From contig JAJVHZ010000011.1 in assembly GCA_022072255.1 (NCBI GenBank), positions 108,927-172,926 on the forward strand: a stretch of DNA of 64,000 nt, in the 5' to 3' direction. Positions 33,821 through 46,049 of this stretch are shown here, piece after piece. The translations under genes were made by a program, and so were the position numbers. This DNA comes from Gammaproteobacteria bacterium (lineage in GTDB: Bacteria; Pseudomonadota; Gammaproteobacteria; JAJPIJ01). The stretch's first letter is position 1. The number at the start of each line of letters is the position of its first letter. Below the pieces are notes generated by a model that saw nothing but the letters and a program-made list of their open reading frames with translations, made no database searches and was not told the DNA's origin.

Positions 33821-36800
33821 ATGCGAATCAGAACGAGATTGGCAGTCGCGGCGCTCACGGCCTTCGCGGTGGCTGCCGTGCCGGGCGCATTGTTCTCGTA
33901 CCGGGTGACCCGCGAGCACGTCATCGCCGATGTCGCGCAGGAGGTCTCGGCGCACGTGACATGGCTCGCCACGCTGTTCCAATCCCGCGTGGTCACCGCC
34001 GAAAACACGCTGCCCGCGCTGCAGCGGCTGCTCGCCAGCGCGCTGGCGCAGCCGCCGCGGGCGGGGGAGCTCGAGGAATTCGACCGCCTGTTCGCGGCGG
34101 GCGACGACAGCGTCTACCGCAGTCGCCATGACGCGTTCGACGGCAAACGCGAGGCGGGCGCGTACATTCCGGGCTCCCCGCCGCTCGATGACGATCGCAA
34201 GCGCTTCTACGTGCGCGTGAAGGGAGTTCTCGACACCTTCGGCGCGCACACGAATCCGGATTTCCAGAATGTCTGGCTGCTCGATCACCATCGCGCCCTG
34301 GTGATATTCGATCGCCTGAAGCCGGACTTCGTGTTTCGGATGAGCCGCGAACAGGACTACACGCAGACGGCGTGGATGACCCTGACGGGGCCGGCCGCGA
34401 ACCCCGTGCGTACGCTGCGCTGGACTCCCGTCATTTTCGATCCCGTCCCGCGCACATGGATGGTGAGCGCGGTGTATCCGCTCGATGTCGGCGATGCCTG
34501 GCTCGGATCGGTGGGGTTCGATCTGCCGCTCGCGCAACTGACCGAGACGCTGGTGCACAGCAATCGCGAGTTCTCCGGCGTGGAGCATTTCCTGCTCGAC
34601 GAGAATGGCAGCTTCATATTGGCCGGCCCGTGGCAGTCGCAGCTCATGACGCGCGGACGGGCTCTCCCCGATCTCAGCCGCGAACCGGAACTGGACCGTC
34701 TGCTGCGCTGGCAGGCGACCCTGGACGCGGACGCCGGCCGTTCGCGCGTGGTGACGATGCGCGGCGTGCGCTACCTGGCGGTCCCCGCCACCCTCAAGAC
34801 GCTCAACTGGAAGTACGTCCGCCTCATCCCGTTGTCGGAGGTGCTCGCGCCCGTGCACCAGCTTTTCCTGCTCATCGGCAAGTCGGCCCTGCTGATCATG
34901 CTGTTGAGCGGTGTGGTCGTCGTGCTGGTCACACACGGCACGCTCGTGCAGCCGATATTGCGCCTGGCGACGGCGGCCCGCACCTACGGCAGCGGCGACA
35001 CGCGCATCCGCTTGGGCAAGGGTGGCGACGACGAGCTCGCGGAACTGGCCCTGAGCTTCGATGCGATGGCCGATGGACTGGAGCGCAGCCAGACCGAACT
35101 GCGCCAGCGCGAGGCGCGCTACCGCACCGTCGTGAACAGCGTGCGCGAGGTGATCTTCCAGCTGGGCGGCGAGGGACGGTGGCTGTTTCTCAGCGAGGCG
35201 TGGACCGCGCTGAGCGGGTACGCCATCGAGGACACGCTGGGCCGCAGCGTATACGAGTTCGTCGCCGTCGAGGACGTCGACGGGATCCGGGAACAGATCA
35301 GGGCGCTGACGAACCACGAGATCGAGGCGTGTCGCTGTGAATTCCGGCTCCGCACCCGCTCGGGGGACAGGCTCTGGGTCGAATTCCTCGCACAAACGGC
35401 GCGTTCGAGCGACGGCGAGGCCGTCTTCACGGGCACCATGGACGACGTCAGCGAGCGTTATTACCAGCGCGAGGTCAGCGCGTTGCTGCGACGGGCCGAG
35501 GAGTTCGTCAACGAGGGCTACCGCACCGAGCAGCTGTTGCAGTACTTCTGCGAGAAGCTCGCCTGGCTGTTCGGCTTCCCGCTCGTGGTCGCCGCGCTCA
35601 ACCGGGAGCAGAAGCTCGGCATCGTCGGCCGTTCGGACTGCGAGGTGGACTTCCTGCGCACGCTGAGCGGCTCGAGACGCCAGAACGCCGAGGTCGAGCT
35701 GTACGCGCGCGCGTTCGCAGAGGACAAGCCGCTCACGCTGACCGGCGAGGACGACGAGTCCGGCGAGTGGGCCCGGTCCGCCGCGCGCGCCGGGATCGGC
35801 TCGGCGATGGTCGTCCCAATCCGCATCCACGAGCAGCTCGGCGCGCTGCTCGGATTCCACATGCGCGGCAACGCCGGGCTCGCAGCCGAGCGCGTGCAGC
35901 GCATGGAGGAGCTCTGCCGGCGCATCGGCGGCGTGCTGCGCAGGGCCGAGGATCTGCAGTGGCTGCGGTTGCAGCGCACCGCGCTGGAGTCGGTGGCGAA
36001 CGGCATCATGATCGTGGACACCGATCACGAGGTCATCTGGATCAATCCGGCAATGGAACGGCTGAGCGGCTACCGCCGCGAGGACGTGATCGGCAGGAGT
36101 ACGAGGTTGTTTTCGGCCGGCTTCAGTTCCAGCGCTCAGCCGAGCGAGCTCGCCGAAGCGCGGCGGCGGGGCGGAACGTGGTCCGGAGAGATCGTCAATC
36201 GACGCAAGGACGGCAGCCTCTATACGGTGCACGAAACGGTCACGGCGTTGACCGATGCCTCCGGGAAGATCACGCACTTCGTCGCGGTACAGGCCGATAT
36301 CACCGCGCTGAAGGACGCGGAGGCGCGGCTGCAGCACATGGCCACGCACGATGCGTTGACCGGACTGTCCAATCGTCTGCTGTTCCGCGAACGCCTGAAG
36401 GAGGCGTTCTCGCGCGCCAACCGCTCCGGCAACCAGGTAGCGGTGCTACTGCTCGACCTGGATCGCTTCAAGGCGATCAATGACACCCTCGGCCACATGC
36501 GCGCCGACGAGCTGCTGCAGGCGGTCGCCGGCCGCTTGCACGGCTGCCTGCGCGAACACGACACCGTCGCCCGGCTCGGCGGCGACGAATTCACGGTTCT
36601 GCTGCCGGAGCTGGATACCTCCGAACACGCCGCCGTGGTGGCCGGCAAGATCCTCTCCTCGCTGAGCGAGCCGTTCGATATCGCCGGGCAGCCCGTGACT
36701 ACGACGACCAGCATCGGGATCAGCATCTACCCGCACGACGGCATCGACATCGACGACATACTGCAGCGCGCGGACGCCGCGATGTACCAGTCCAAGGCGA

Positions 36801-37675
36801 TGGGCCGGAACACTTACCAGTTCTACACGCGCGCGATACACGAACGCAGCATGCAGCGCCTGAGCATCGAGAAGGAGTTGCGCCGAGCGGTCGAACACAA
36901 CGAGTTCGTGCTGCATTTCCAGCCGATTGCCGATACCCGCAGCGGCACCATCGTCGGCGCCGAGGCGCTGGTCCGCTGGCGGCATCCCGTGCGGGGAGTG
37001 CTGCCGCCGACGGCGTTCATCGAGGTGGCCGAGGATTCCGGCCTCATACTGGCGATCGGAGACTGGGTGCTGCGTGCCGCGTGCGAGCAGGGCGCGGCGT
37101 GGGAGGCGCAGGGCATCCGGGACATGGAGGTGTCGGTGAATCTTTCGACGCGGCAGTTCCGCCAGTCCGACCTGGTGGAGCGGGTCGCGCACGCGTGCGC
37201 GCATGCGGGATTCAGCTCGCGCAGCATGCACATCGAGCTGACCGAGAGCCTGATGATGGACGACATGGAACAGGGCATAAGGACCATGAAGGCGTTGAAG
37301 GAGCTCGGCGTCAGCATCTCCATCGACGACTTCGGCGTCGGCTACTCGAGCCTTGCCTACCTGAAGCGATTCCCGCTGGACTCGCTGAAGATCGATCGCT
37401 CCTTCATCGAGACGGTGCCGCAGAATTCCGAGGCGACCGCGATCGCCAGCACGATACTGGCGATGGCCCGCACCCTCGGTCTGAGTGTCGTTGCCGAGGG
37501 CGTCGAGAACGAGGCGCAGCTCGAATTCCTGCGCGCGCTGGGCTGTCCGCGTTATCAGGGCTTTCTGCTCGGCAAACCGATGTCCGCCGAGGAACTTGGC
37601 GCATTCATCCGCCGCGGCCGTGCGCGCCAGGCGGAGCTACTCTCGCCGGTCGCGGCGATCCGCCCCGCCATCTAG
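33821..37675 (+). CDS. Large membrane sensor: periplasmic domain-TM-HAMP-PAS-GAF-PAS-GGDEF-EAL
   Basis: Signal/TM MRIRTRLAVAALTAFAVAAVPG, then a ~330-aa periplasmic region and TM LLIMLLSGVVVVLV. GGDEF RLGGDEFTVLL. EAL EALVRW...DDFGVGYSSL. The 33788 track start adds 11 codons. Confidence 0.8.
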   Translation: MRIRTRLAVAALTAFAVAAVPGALFSYRVTREHVIADVAQEVSAHVTWLATLFQSRVVTAENTLPALQRLLASALAQPPRAGELEEFDRLFAAGDDSVYRSRHDAFDGKREAGAYIPGSPPLDDDRKRFYVRVKGVLDTFGAHTNPDFQNVWLLDHHRALVIFDRLKPDFVFRMSREQDYTQTAWMTLTGPAANPVRTLRWTPVIFDPVPRTWMVSAVYPLDVGDAWLGSVGFDLPLAQLTETLVHSNREFSGVEHFLLDENGSFILAGPWQSQLMTRGRALPDLSREPELDRLLRWQATLDADAGRSRVVTMRGVRYLAVPATLKTLNWKYVRLIPLSEVLAPVHQLFLLIGKSALLIMLLSGVVVVLVTHGTLVQPILRLATAARTYGSGDTRIRLGKGGDDELAELALSFDAMADGLERSQTELRQREARYRTVVNSVREVIFQLGGEGRWLFLSEAWTALSGYAIEDTLGRSVYEFVAVEDVDGIREQIRALTNHEIEACRCEFRLRTRSGDRLWVEFLAQTARSSDGEAVFTGTMDDVSERYYQREVSALLRRAEEFVNEGYRTEQLLQYFCEKLAWLFGFPLVVAALNREQKLGIVGRSDCEVDFLRTLSGSRRQNAEVELYARAFAEDKPLTLTGEDDESGEWARSAARAGIGSAMVVPIRIHEQLGALLGFHMRGNAGLAAERVQRMEELCRRIGGVLRRAEDLQWLRLQRTALESVANGIMIVDTDHEVIWINPAMERLSGYRREDVIGRSTRLFSAGFSSSAQPSELAEARRRGGTWSGEIVNRRKDGSLYTVHETVTALTDASGKITHFVAVQADITALKDAEARLQHMATHDALTGLSNRLLFRERLKEAFSRANRSGNQVAVLLLDLDRFKAINDTLGHMRADELLQAVAGRLHGCLREHDTVARLGGDEFTVLLPELDTSEHAAVVAGKILSSLSEPFDIAGQPVTTTTSIGISIYPHDGIDIDDILQRADAAMYQSKAMGRNTYQFYTRAIHERSMQRLSIEKELRRAVEHNEFVLHFQPIADTRSGTIVGAEALVRWRHPVRGVLPPTAFIEVAEDSGLILAIGDWVLRAACEQGAAWEAQGIRDMEVSVNLSTRQFRQSDLVERVAHACAHAGFSSRSMHIELTESLMMDDMEQGIRTMKALKELGVSISIDDFGVGYSSLAYLKRFPLDSLKIDRSFIETVPQNSEATAIASTILAMARTLGLSVVAEGVENEAQLEFLRALGCPRYQGFLLGKPMSAEELGAFIRRGRARQAELLSPVAAIRPAI

Positions 37676-37868
37676 GGCTCCCCGGGGCGCGGACCCGGGG
37701 ACGGAAGCCGCGCCCGACCGCCGGCGCGGTCGCCTCGCGCGCCGGCGCGGATTTGAGCCGCGTTGCGGGCCTGCGGTATTCTTCCACACCGTCGGCCCGC
37801 GCGCGGGCGCGTCGACCCGATTCAATCCGCAGACCCCTGCACCGGCCTTCACTCCTCGAGCACAGCGT

Positions 37869-38396
37869 ATGACGATTCGCGACTATCAGGGCTGCCTGCC
37901 CAGCATCGATGCCGGTGCCTACGTCGATCCCACGGCTGTGGTGATTGGCAACGTCACCATCGGCGTGCACAGCTCGATCTGGCCGATGGCGGTCGTGCGC
38001 GGGGACGTCAACACCGTCGAGATCGGCGCATATACCAATATCCAGGACGGCAGTGTGATCCATTGCACGCACGACGGGCCGTACACCCCTGGCGGCTTCG
38101 CGACGCGTATCGGCGATCGCGTCACCATCGGGCACAGGGCGGTCGTGCACGCATGCACGGTCGGTGAGCTTTGCCTCATCGGCATGTCGGCGACGATCAT
38201 GGACGGGGCGGTGCTCGAGCCGCGGGTGATGCTGGGCGCCGGCAGCCTCGTGCCGCCCGGCAAGGTGCTCGAAGGCGGCTGTCTGTGGGTCGGGGTCCCG
38301 GCCCGGCGCGTGCGCCCGCTCACGCAGGCCGAGCTGGAATCACTCGATTACTCCGCCGGGCATTACGTCAGGCTGAAGAACAAGTACAGCGCTTAG
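37869..38396 (+). CDS. Gamma-carbonic-anhydrase-family hexapeptide-repeat protein (YrdA/PaaY-like)
   Basis: MTIRDYQGCLPSIDAGAYVDPTAVVIGNVTIGVHSSIWPMAVVRGDVN with left-handed beta-helix repeats and a His triad context. ATG 37869 verified. The track ORF starts at 37485, which is implausible. Confidence 0.8.
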   Translation: MTIRDYQGCLPSIDAGAYVDPTAVVIGNVTIGVHSSIWPMAVVRGDVNTVEIGAYTNIQDGSVIHCTHDGPYTPGGFATRIGDRVTIGHRAVVHACTVGELCLIGMSATIMDGAVLEPRVMLGAGSLVPPGKVLEGGCLWVGVPARRVRPLTQAELESLDYSAGHYVRLKNKYSA

Positions 38397-38478
38397 GGTG
38401 CCGGGGCGGGGGTGCCTGCCCGCGCGGTACGGGGGCGTCGCGACAGGATCGAAGGCAGCGCGATTCGGCCGTCGAGGT

Positions 38479-39114
38479 CTAGCCAGGAAGCTCGTCCAGG
38501 CCGGCGATCGGCATCGCGTTCCACGACTGCAGCTGCCAGCCTCCGTTCGCGTGGGCGATCCAGCTGACGCCGGCGTTCGAGATGACGAAGTCGCGCGGCG
38601 CGGTCAGCGGCAGCCCGGTGGCCATGCGGTAGGCGATGTCGAGCACGCCGCCGTGCGCGACCACCAGGAGCGCGGCGCCGCGCTGTGCCTGCGCGATCGC
38701 GTGCAAAGCGGCCCGCACGCGCCGGCTGAACTCGCTCAGCGATTCACCGCTGCGGAAGTTCTCGTCCGGATCGCGATCGTGAAAGCGCCTGTAGGCCCTG
38801 GGATAGCGTTGCTCGGCCTCCGCATAGGTGAGTCCCTGGAATTTTCCGTACATTCTTTCGCGCAGCCCGCCATGCAGCCGCACCGGCTGGGTGTGATGCG
38901 CGGCGATGATCTCCGCGGTCCTGTGCGCGCGCTGCAGGTCGCTGCTGTAGATGGCAGTGAATTGCACCTTCGACAGCCAGCGCGCAGCCGCATGGGCCTG
39001 GGCAATGCCGATGCTGTTGAGGGGGGAATCGATCTGCCCCTGGATGCGGCGATCGGCGTTCCAGGCCGTCTCGCCGTGCCGTACGAGGCAGACCCTGGTT
39101 GTCGTAACGCTCAC
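38479..39114 (-). CDS. Histidine phosphatase family protein (phosphoglycerate mutase / alpha-ribazole phosphatase-like)
   Basis: RHG motif VCLVRHGETAWN and catalytic His block LLVVAHGGVL. The start was set at GTG 39114 (VSVTTTRVCLVRHG). The track ORF uses TTG at 39195. Confidence 0.6.
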   Translation of the reverse strand: MSVTTTRVCLVRHGETAWNADRRIQGQIDSPLNSIGIAQAHAAARWLSKVQFTAIYSSDLQRAHRTAEIIAAHHTQPVRLHGGLRERMYGKFQGLTYAEAEQRYPRAYRRFHDRDPDENFRSGESLSEFSRRVRAALHAIAQAQRGAALLVVAHGGVLDIAYRMATGLPLTAPRDFVISNAGVSWIAHANGGWQLQSWNAMPIAGLDELPG

Positions 39115-39249
39115 GAGTGAGGGGATCACCGCGCCGCGCGGCGATCTACGGTGCTGCGACGGACAGGAGGGATCATGGCTGACTCCGGGCGGCAATTATA
39201 GAATCATGAGCTATATTCACAGGATACCTCACGGGCAGCGGACGGCGTC

Positions 39250-41124
39250 ATGCAATATCCGGAGACCTTCGATGTCATCGTGGTGGGCGGCGGACATGCC
39301 GGCACCGAGGCGGCGCTCGCCAGCGCGCGCATGGGCTGCCGGACCCTCCTGCTGACCCACAGCATCGAGACCCTGGGCCAGATGTCGTGCAATCCCGCCA
39401 TCGGCGGGATCGGCAAGAGCCACCTCGTTCGCGAGATCGACGCGCTCGGCGGCGCAATGGCGCTGGCCGCCGACCAGTCCGGCATCCACTGGCGCGTTCT
39501 CAATGCGAGCAAGGGCCCGGCGGTGCGGGCGACGCGCGCACAGATCGACCGGACGATGTACAAGCAGATCGTTCGCCGCACGCTGGAAAGCCAGCCCAAT
39601 CTCACCATGTTCCAGCAAACCGTCGAGGACCTCGTCATCGAATACGAGGAGGTGGCGGGCGTGGTGACGCAGACGGGAATGCGATTCCTGGCGCAGTCGG
39701 TCGTGCTCACCGTTGGAACCTTCCTGGCCGGTCGTATCCACATCGGCGAGCATCACTACCAGGGAGGGCGCGCCGGCGACCCGCCGTCCAACGCGCTGTC
39801 TCGTCGATTGCGCGAACTGCCGTTCCGGGTCGGTCGCCTCAAGACCGGTACGCCGCCGCGACTGGACGGACGCACGCTGGAATACTCGAAGTTCAGCGTG
39901 CAGCCGGGCGACGAACCCATGCCGGTGCTTTCCTACCTGGGCAAGGCCGGCATGCATCCGCGTCAGGTCGACTGCCACATCACCGCCACCAATCCGCGCA
40001 CTCACGAGATCATCCGCAAGGGGCTCAGCCGATCGCCGATGTACAGCGGCGCAATCGAAGGCGTGGGTCCCCGCTATTGCCCGTCGGTGGAGGACAAGGT
40101 GGTGCGCTTCGCCGACCGCGCCTCGCACCAGATCTTCGTCGAGCCGGAAGGACTGGATACGCAGGAGGTCTACCCCAATGGCATCTCCACCAGCCTGCCG
40201 TTCGAGGTGCAACTCGAACTCGTGCGCAGCGTGCGCGGATTCGAGAAGGCGCACATCACGCGCCCCGGCTACGCCATCGAGTACGACTACTTCGACCCGC
40301 GCGAGATCCGCCCGTCACTGGAGACGAAATATCTGCCCGGGCTGTTCTTCGCCGGCCAGATCAACGGCACGACCGGCTACGAGGAGGCCGCGGCGCAGGG
40401 CATCATCGCGGGCCTCAATGCCGCGCGCAGGGTGCAGGCGCGCGAGCCGTGGTGGCCGAAACGCGAGGAGGCCTACATCGGCGTGCTGATCGACGATCTG
40501 ACCACCCGCGGTACCAACGAGCCGTACCGCATGTTCACCAGCCGCGCCGAGTACCGCCTGCTGCTGCGCGAGGACAACGCCGATCTGCGGCTGACGCCGG
40601 TAGGCCGCGGGCTGGGACTGGTCGGTGACGCGCGGTGGCGGCGTTTCGAGGAGAAGCGCGAGGCGCTCGCGGCCGAGCAGGAGCGCCTGCGCGGGCTCCG
40701 GGTGCGCCCCGGCGCGCACAACGACGAGGACATCGGTCGCGTGCTCGGCCAGCCCATCGAGCGCGAGTACACCGCCGCCGAGCTGCTGCGGCGGCCGGGG
40801 GTGCGCTATCGCGGCCTGATGCGCCTGGGCGGTGTCGGTCCCGGCGTCGACGATCAGGAGATCATCGACCAGATCGAGATCCAGTCGCGCTACACCGGCT
40901 ACATCGATCGCCAGGCCGAGGAGATCGAACGCGCCCGGCGGCACGAGGAAACCCCGCTGCCACCCGACCTCGACTATCGCGAGGTGCACGGCCTTTCCAC
41001 CGAGGTGATGCAGAAACTCAACGACTATCGTCCCACCACCATCGGGCAGGCCTCGCGCATCGCGGGCATCACGCCGGCGGCCGTGACCCTGCTGCTGGTT
41101 CACCTGCGCAAACGTTTCGCCTGA
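39250..41124 (+). CDS. mnmG: tRNA uridine-5-carboxymethylaminomethyl modification enzyme MnmG (GidA)
   Basis: [23 protein letters not shown]...[23 protein letters not shown]. 624 aa. Confidence 0.95.
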   Translation: MQYPETFDVIVVGGGHAGTEAALASARMGCRTLLLTHSIETLGQMSCNPAIGGIGKSHLVREIDALGGAMALAADQSGIHWRVLNASKGPAVRATRAQIDRTMYKQIVRRTLESQPNLTMFQQTVEDLVIEYEEVAGVVTQTGMRFLAQSVVLTVGTFLAGRIHIGEHHYQGGRAGDPPSNALSRRLRELPFRVGRLKTGTPPRLDGRTLEYSKFSVQPGDEPMPVLSYLGKAGMHPRQVDCHITATNPRTHEIIRKGLSRSPMYSGAIEGVGPRYCPSVEDKVVRFADRASHQIFVEPEGLDTQEVYPNGISTSLPFEVQLELVRSVRGFEKAHITRPGYAIEYDYFDPREIRPSLETKYLPGLFFAGQINGTTGYEEAAAQGIIAGLNAARRVQAREPWWPKREEAYIGVLIDDLTTRGTNEPYRMFTSRAEYRLLLREDNADLRLTPVGRGLGLVGDARWRRFEEKREALAAEQERLRGLRVRPGAHNDEDIGRVLGQPIEREYTAAELLRRPGVRYRGLMRLGGVGPGVDDQEIIDQIEIQSRYTGYIDRQAEEIERARRHEETPLPPDLDYREVHGLSTEVMQKLNDYRPTTIGQASRIAGITPAAVTLLLVHLRKRFA

Positions 41125-41133
41125 ACCGCGGAA

Positions 41134-41775
41134 GTGAGCCGGGAGATGCCGCTGCGCGATCGCCTGACCGCGGGCGCCTTGCGCCTGGGCGCGCCGCTGC
41201 CGGCCGCCGCCGTCGACCGGCTGATCGCCTATCTGGAACTGTTGCGCAAGTGGAATCGCGTCTACAACCTGACCGCCATCCGCGATGCGGAGCAGATGAT
41301 GACGCATCATCTGCTCGACAGCCTGGCCGTGACACCCCATGTGCGTGGCGAGCGACTGCTGGACGTCGGCAGCGGCGCCGGCCTGCCCGGGCTGGTCATC
41401 GCCATCGCGCGTCCCGAGGTCCATTGCACGCTGCTCGACAGCAACGGCAGGAAGACGCGGTTCCTGACCCAGGCACGCATCGACCTCAAGATCGACAATG
41501 TCGATGTCGTCCACTGCCGGATCGAGAACTATCATCCGGCCATGCCCTTCGACTGCATCGTTTCCCGCGCCTTTGCCGCGCTCGGGACCTTCGTCGCGGT
41601 TGCCGGATCGCTGCTGGCCGCCGACGGCGAGCTGCTCGCAATGAAGTCCGTGCGCGGAGCGGAGGAGGTCGAGACCGTGCCCGCGGGCTGGGAGGTCCGG
41701 TCCATGGAACTGGAGGTGCCCGGCCTGCACGCCGTGCGGCGACTGGTGGTGGTGCGCCGTGCCGCTGCGCCCTGA
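41134..41775 (+). CDS. rsmG: 16S rRNA (guanine527-N7)-methyltransferase RsmG (GidB)
   Basis: LLELLRKWNRVYNLTAIRD and the SAM motif LLDVGSGAGLPGL. Immediately downstream of mnmG. Confidence 0.9.
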   Translation: MSREMPLRDRLTAGALRLGAPLPAAAVDRLIAYLELLRKWNRVYNLTAIRDAEQMMTHHLLDSLAVTPHVRGERLLDVGSGAGLPGLVIAIARPEVHCTLLDSNGRKTRFLTQARIDLKIDNVDVVHCRIENYHPAMPFDCIVSRAFAALGTFVAVAGSLLAADGELLAMKSVRGAEEVETVPAGWEVRSMELEVPGLHAVRRLVVVRRAAAP

Positions 41776-42075
41776 GCGGCGGAGTCCGCGGGCACCGCCG
41801 CACCGCACGCTGCGAGGCCCCTCCATCACCGGCTGCATATCAACGGTGAATACTCGGCCGGATTAGGCAGATAGACGCCGGAACGGCCAGTCCGCCGGAG
41901 CATCGCCGGCCAACCATCGGAGGCCGCGTCGTTTTCCCCGGCACGGAGCACGAAGGCGCACCGGCGATGAGACAGCGACGTGGACGCGCGCGCCGCCGCC
42001 CGAGAGCTGTGCCATAATTCTGCCCCGCTCGACGCGGTCCGTGCGAGCGGTGGTTCCGGGGACTACAGGCGCGCC

Positions 42076-42858
42076 ATGGCCAAGATTTTCGCAATCGCCA
42101 ATCAGAAGGGTGGGGTGGGGAAGACCACCACCAGCGTCAACCTGGCCGCCTCGCTCGCCGCCACGAAACGCCGCGTGCTTCTCGTCGATATCGATCCTCA
42201 GGGCAATGCGACCATGGGCAGCGGCATCGACAAACGCGAGCTGCGGTCCTCGACCTTCGATCTGCTGATGAACGACGCCCCGGTGTCGGAGGTGGCGCTC
42301 TCGCTGCCCGCGGTCGGATACGAACTGGTGCCCGCCAACAGCGATCTCACGGGCGCGGAGGTCGGATTGCTGGAGGAGCTCGGGCGCGAGCTCAAGCTGC
42401 GGGTCGCGCTCACCGCCGTGGTGGACGACTACGATTACATACTCATCGACTGTCCGCCGTCTCTCAACATGCTGACCGTGAACGCGCTGGTGGCCGCCGA
42501 TTCGGTCATCATCCCGATCCAATGCGAGTATTACGCACTGGAAGGTCTCTCGGCCCTCGTCGAGACGATCGAGAAGATCCGTAAGGTGTTGAATCCGAAA
42601 CTGAAAATCGAGGGACTGTTGCGCACCATGTATGACCCGCGCAACAACCTGGCCACCCAGGTCTCGGCGCAATTGCTGAAGTACTTCGGCGACAAGGTCT
42701 ACACGACGGTCATTCCACGCAACGTGCGCCTGGCGGAGGCCCCGAGTCATGGCCTGCCAGTCATACTTTATGATCGGCAATCGAGCGGTTCCCTTGCATA
42801 TCTGGCACTTGCCGGCGAGATGCTGCGCAAGGACAACAATTACGAACGTCTGAATTGA
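42076..42858 (+). CDS. parA: Chromosome partitioning ATPase ParA (Soj)
   Basis: MAKIFAIANQKGGVGKTTTSVNLAASLA carries the deviant Walker A. ATG 42076 verified; the track start at 41980 is upstream. Confidence 0.9.
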   Translation: MAKIFAIANQKGGVGKTTTSVNLAASLAATKRRVLLVDIDPQGNATMGSGIDKRELRSSTFDLLMNDAPVSEVALSLPAVGYELVPANSDLTGAEVGLLEELGRELKLRVALTAVVDDYDYILIDCPPSLNMLTVNALVAADSVIIPIQCEYYALEGLSALVETIEKIRKVLNPKLKIEGLLRTMYDPRNNLATQVSAQLLKYFGDKVYTTVIPRNVRLAEAPSHGLPVILYDRQSSGSLAYLALAGEMLRKDNNYERLN

Positions 42859-42915
42859 TCGCGGCGGCGGTTGGGGGAACTGCACGCCCGCGCGCCGCAT
42901 CTCGGAGACAGAACA

Positions 42916-43818
42916 ATGTCATCAGCCAACAAGCGTGGCCTGGGCCGCGGGCTGGACGCGTTGCTCGGCATCGGCCCCGAGGCGGCGGCGCCGAAGCCGG
43001 AGGCGGCGGCCCCGGACCACGGCCTGCGCTCCATGCCCGTGGACCTGATCCAGCGGGGCCGTTATCAGCCCCGCAGCGATTTCGAGCAGGACTCGCTGCA
43101 GGAGTTGGCCGACTCCATCCGCGCCCAGGGCATCGTCCAGCCCATCGTCGTGCGGCGGCTGCCCGGCCAGGATCGCTACGAGATCATCGCCGGCGAGCGG
43201 CGCTGGCGAGCCGCGCAGATCGCGGGCCTGCATGAGGTGCCGGTGCTGGTCCGCAACGTCGATGACCGCACCGCGATGAGCGTGGCGCTCATCGAGAACA
43301 TCCAGCGCAAGGATCTGAACGCCATCGAAGAGGCCACCGCGCTGCATCGGCTGGTCAACGAGTTCGGGCTGACCCACGAGAAGGTCGCCGAGGCCGTCGG
43401 CCGGTCGCGCGCCGCGGTCAGCAACCTGCTGCGTCTCCTGGAACTCGCCGAGCCGGTTCGTCGCATGGTCGAGAAACACGAGCTGGAGATGGGCCACGCC
43501 CGCGCCCTGCTCGCGCTGCCGGCGGAACAGCAGCCGGCCGCCGCGCGCCATGTCGTCGCCCGTTCGATGTCGGTGCGGCAGGCCGAACGGTACGTCAAGG
43601 GATTGCTGGCGCCGCGGTCCAGGGCCGCGAGCGGCGCCCGCCACGTCGATCCGGACGTACGGCGACTGGAGCAGGAACTCGCAGAGCGACTGGGCGCGCG
43701 CGTGGTGCTCGCCCACGGCGGCAAGGGCGGCGGCACGGTCACCATTCATTACCACTCCCTCGACGAGCTGGACGGTATCCTCACGCACATCCGCGGATCC
43801 CCCGGAGACCCCGGTTGA
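42916..43818 (+). CDS. parB: Chromosome partitioning protein ParB (Spo0J)
   Basis: RGLGRGLDALL, the ParB box IIAGERRWRAAQIAGL, and HTH FGLTHEKVAEAVGRSRAAVSNLLRL. ATG 42916 verified. Confidence 0.9.
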   Translation: MSSANKRGLGRGLDALLGIGPEAAAPKPEAAAPDHGLRSMPVDLIQRGRYQPRSDFEQDSLQELADSIRAQGIVQPIVVRRLPGQDRYEIIAGERRWRAAQIAGLHEVPVLVRNVDDRTAMSVALIENIQRKDLNAIEEATALHRLVNEFGLTHEKVAEAVGRSRAAVSNLLRLLELAEPVRRMVEKHELEMGHARALLALPAEQQPAAARHVVARSMSVRQAERYVKGLLAPRSRAASGARHVDPDVRRLEQELAERLGARVVLAHGGKGGGTVTIHYHSLDELDGILTHIRGSPGDPG

Positions 43819-43879
43819 TGACGATTGACGCGCCCGCGAGGATAAACTTACAATCCGCGGCCTTTGCGGTCCGGCGCCA

Positions 43880-44281
43880 GTGAGCGGCGCCGTTGCCGGG
43901 CGCGGGACGGACGCCGGCTGGTGGTCGGTGGTCGGCAAGACCATCGCCCTGCAATGGGCGGTGATTCTGATACTGGCCGCGGCTGCGTGGCCGCTGAGCG
44001 GCATCGCGGGGGCGGTGTCGCTGGTGCTGGGTGGGGCCGCCGTAGCCTTCCCCAACACGCTGCTCGCCTTGTGGCTGACCATCCGAGTGCAGCGCGTCGG
44101 GTCGTTGACCACGGCCGCGCTGCTTTTTGGGGAACTGCTCAAGCTCGGCCTGACATTGGCACTGCTGGCGCTTTTCGTCGCGAAATTCAGGCACACCGTG
44201 GTGTGGCTTGCGCTGATCATCGGCGTGGTCGGGGCGCTAAAGGCGCAATGGCTGGCGCTGTGGGTGACGCGGAAGGGCTGA
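43880..44281 (+). CDS. atpI: ATP synthase protein I (AtpI)
   Basis: 133-aa, 4-TM small protein immediately upstream of atpB. The start codon is uncertain. Confidence 0.6.
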   Translation: MSGAVAGRGTDAGWWSVVGKTIALQWAVILILAAAAWPLSGIAGAVSLVLGGAAVAFPNTLLALWLTIRVQRVGSLTTAALLFGELLKLGLTLALLALFVAKFRHTVVWLALIIGVVGALKAQWLALWVTRKG

Positions 44282-44344
44282 GCGCGATGCTCCGGGGCGC
44301 CGGGTCCCAGGACAAGATATCGTAACTCTGAAGAAGCTGCACGA

Positions 44345-45521
<1,177 letters not shown>

Positions 45522-45561
45522 GGAACATCCCCTAATCTTCAACCCGGGACAGGGGGCGGCA

Positions 45562-46032
45562 ATGAACATCAATCTCACCCTGATCGCTCAGGCGATCATG
45601 TTCGCCATATTCATCTGGTTCACCGCCAGGTTCATATGGCCCCCGCTGATGAACGCCGTCGAACGGCGGCAGAAGACGATCGCCGATGGGCTGGCGGCGG
45701 CCGAGCAGGGCAACCGCAGCCTGAAGGAAGCCGAGGTGCGCGTGCAGACCATTGAGCGCGAGGCCCGCGCCAAGGCGCAGGCAATCATGGCCGACACCGA
45801 AAAGCGGGCCACGGCGATGATCGAGGAGGCCAAGGTCCAGGCCAAGACCGAGGGCGGGCGGCTGCTCGCCGCGGCCAAGGCCGAGGTCGGGCAGGAGGTC
45901 GAACGCGCCAAGGCCACACTGCGGGAGCAGGTGGCGAATCTCGCCGTGATAGGCGCGGAGCAGATCCTGAAGCGCGAGGTGAATTCCGGTGCCCACGCCG
46001 AAATGCTCAATCGCCTGAAGGCGCAGCTCTGA
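45562..46032 (+). CDS. atpF: F0F1 ATP synthase subunit b
   Basis: [44 protein letters not shown].... ATG 45562 verified. Confidence 0.9.
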   Translation: MNINLTLIAQAIMFAIFIWFTARFIWPPLMNAVERRQKTIADGLAAAEQGNRSLKEAEVRVQTIEREARAKAQAIMADTEKRATAMIEEAKVQAKTEGGRLLAAAKAEVGQEVERAKATLREQVANLAVIGAEQILKREVNSGAHAEMLNRLKAQL

Positions 46033-46049
46033 GAGGACGGAATCCAGCC

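Noticed and set aside
33086-36349. 1087-aa minus-strand ORF
   Set aside because: Antisense of rlmKL and the large GGDEF-EAL sensor, with a low-complexity translation.
41776-42075. 300-bp rsmG-parA intergenic region as possible oriC or parS
   Set aside because: No recognisable DnaA boxes (TTATCCACA) or the 16-bp parS palindrome (TGTTTCACGTGAAACA) could be found by eye. Left unannotated.
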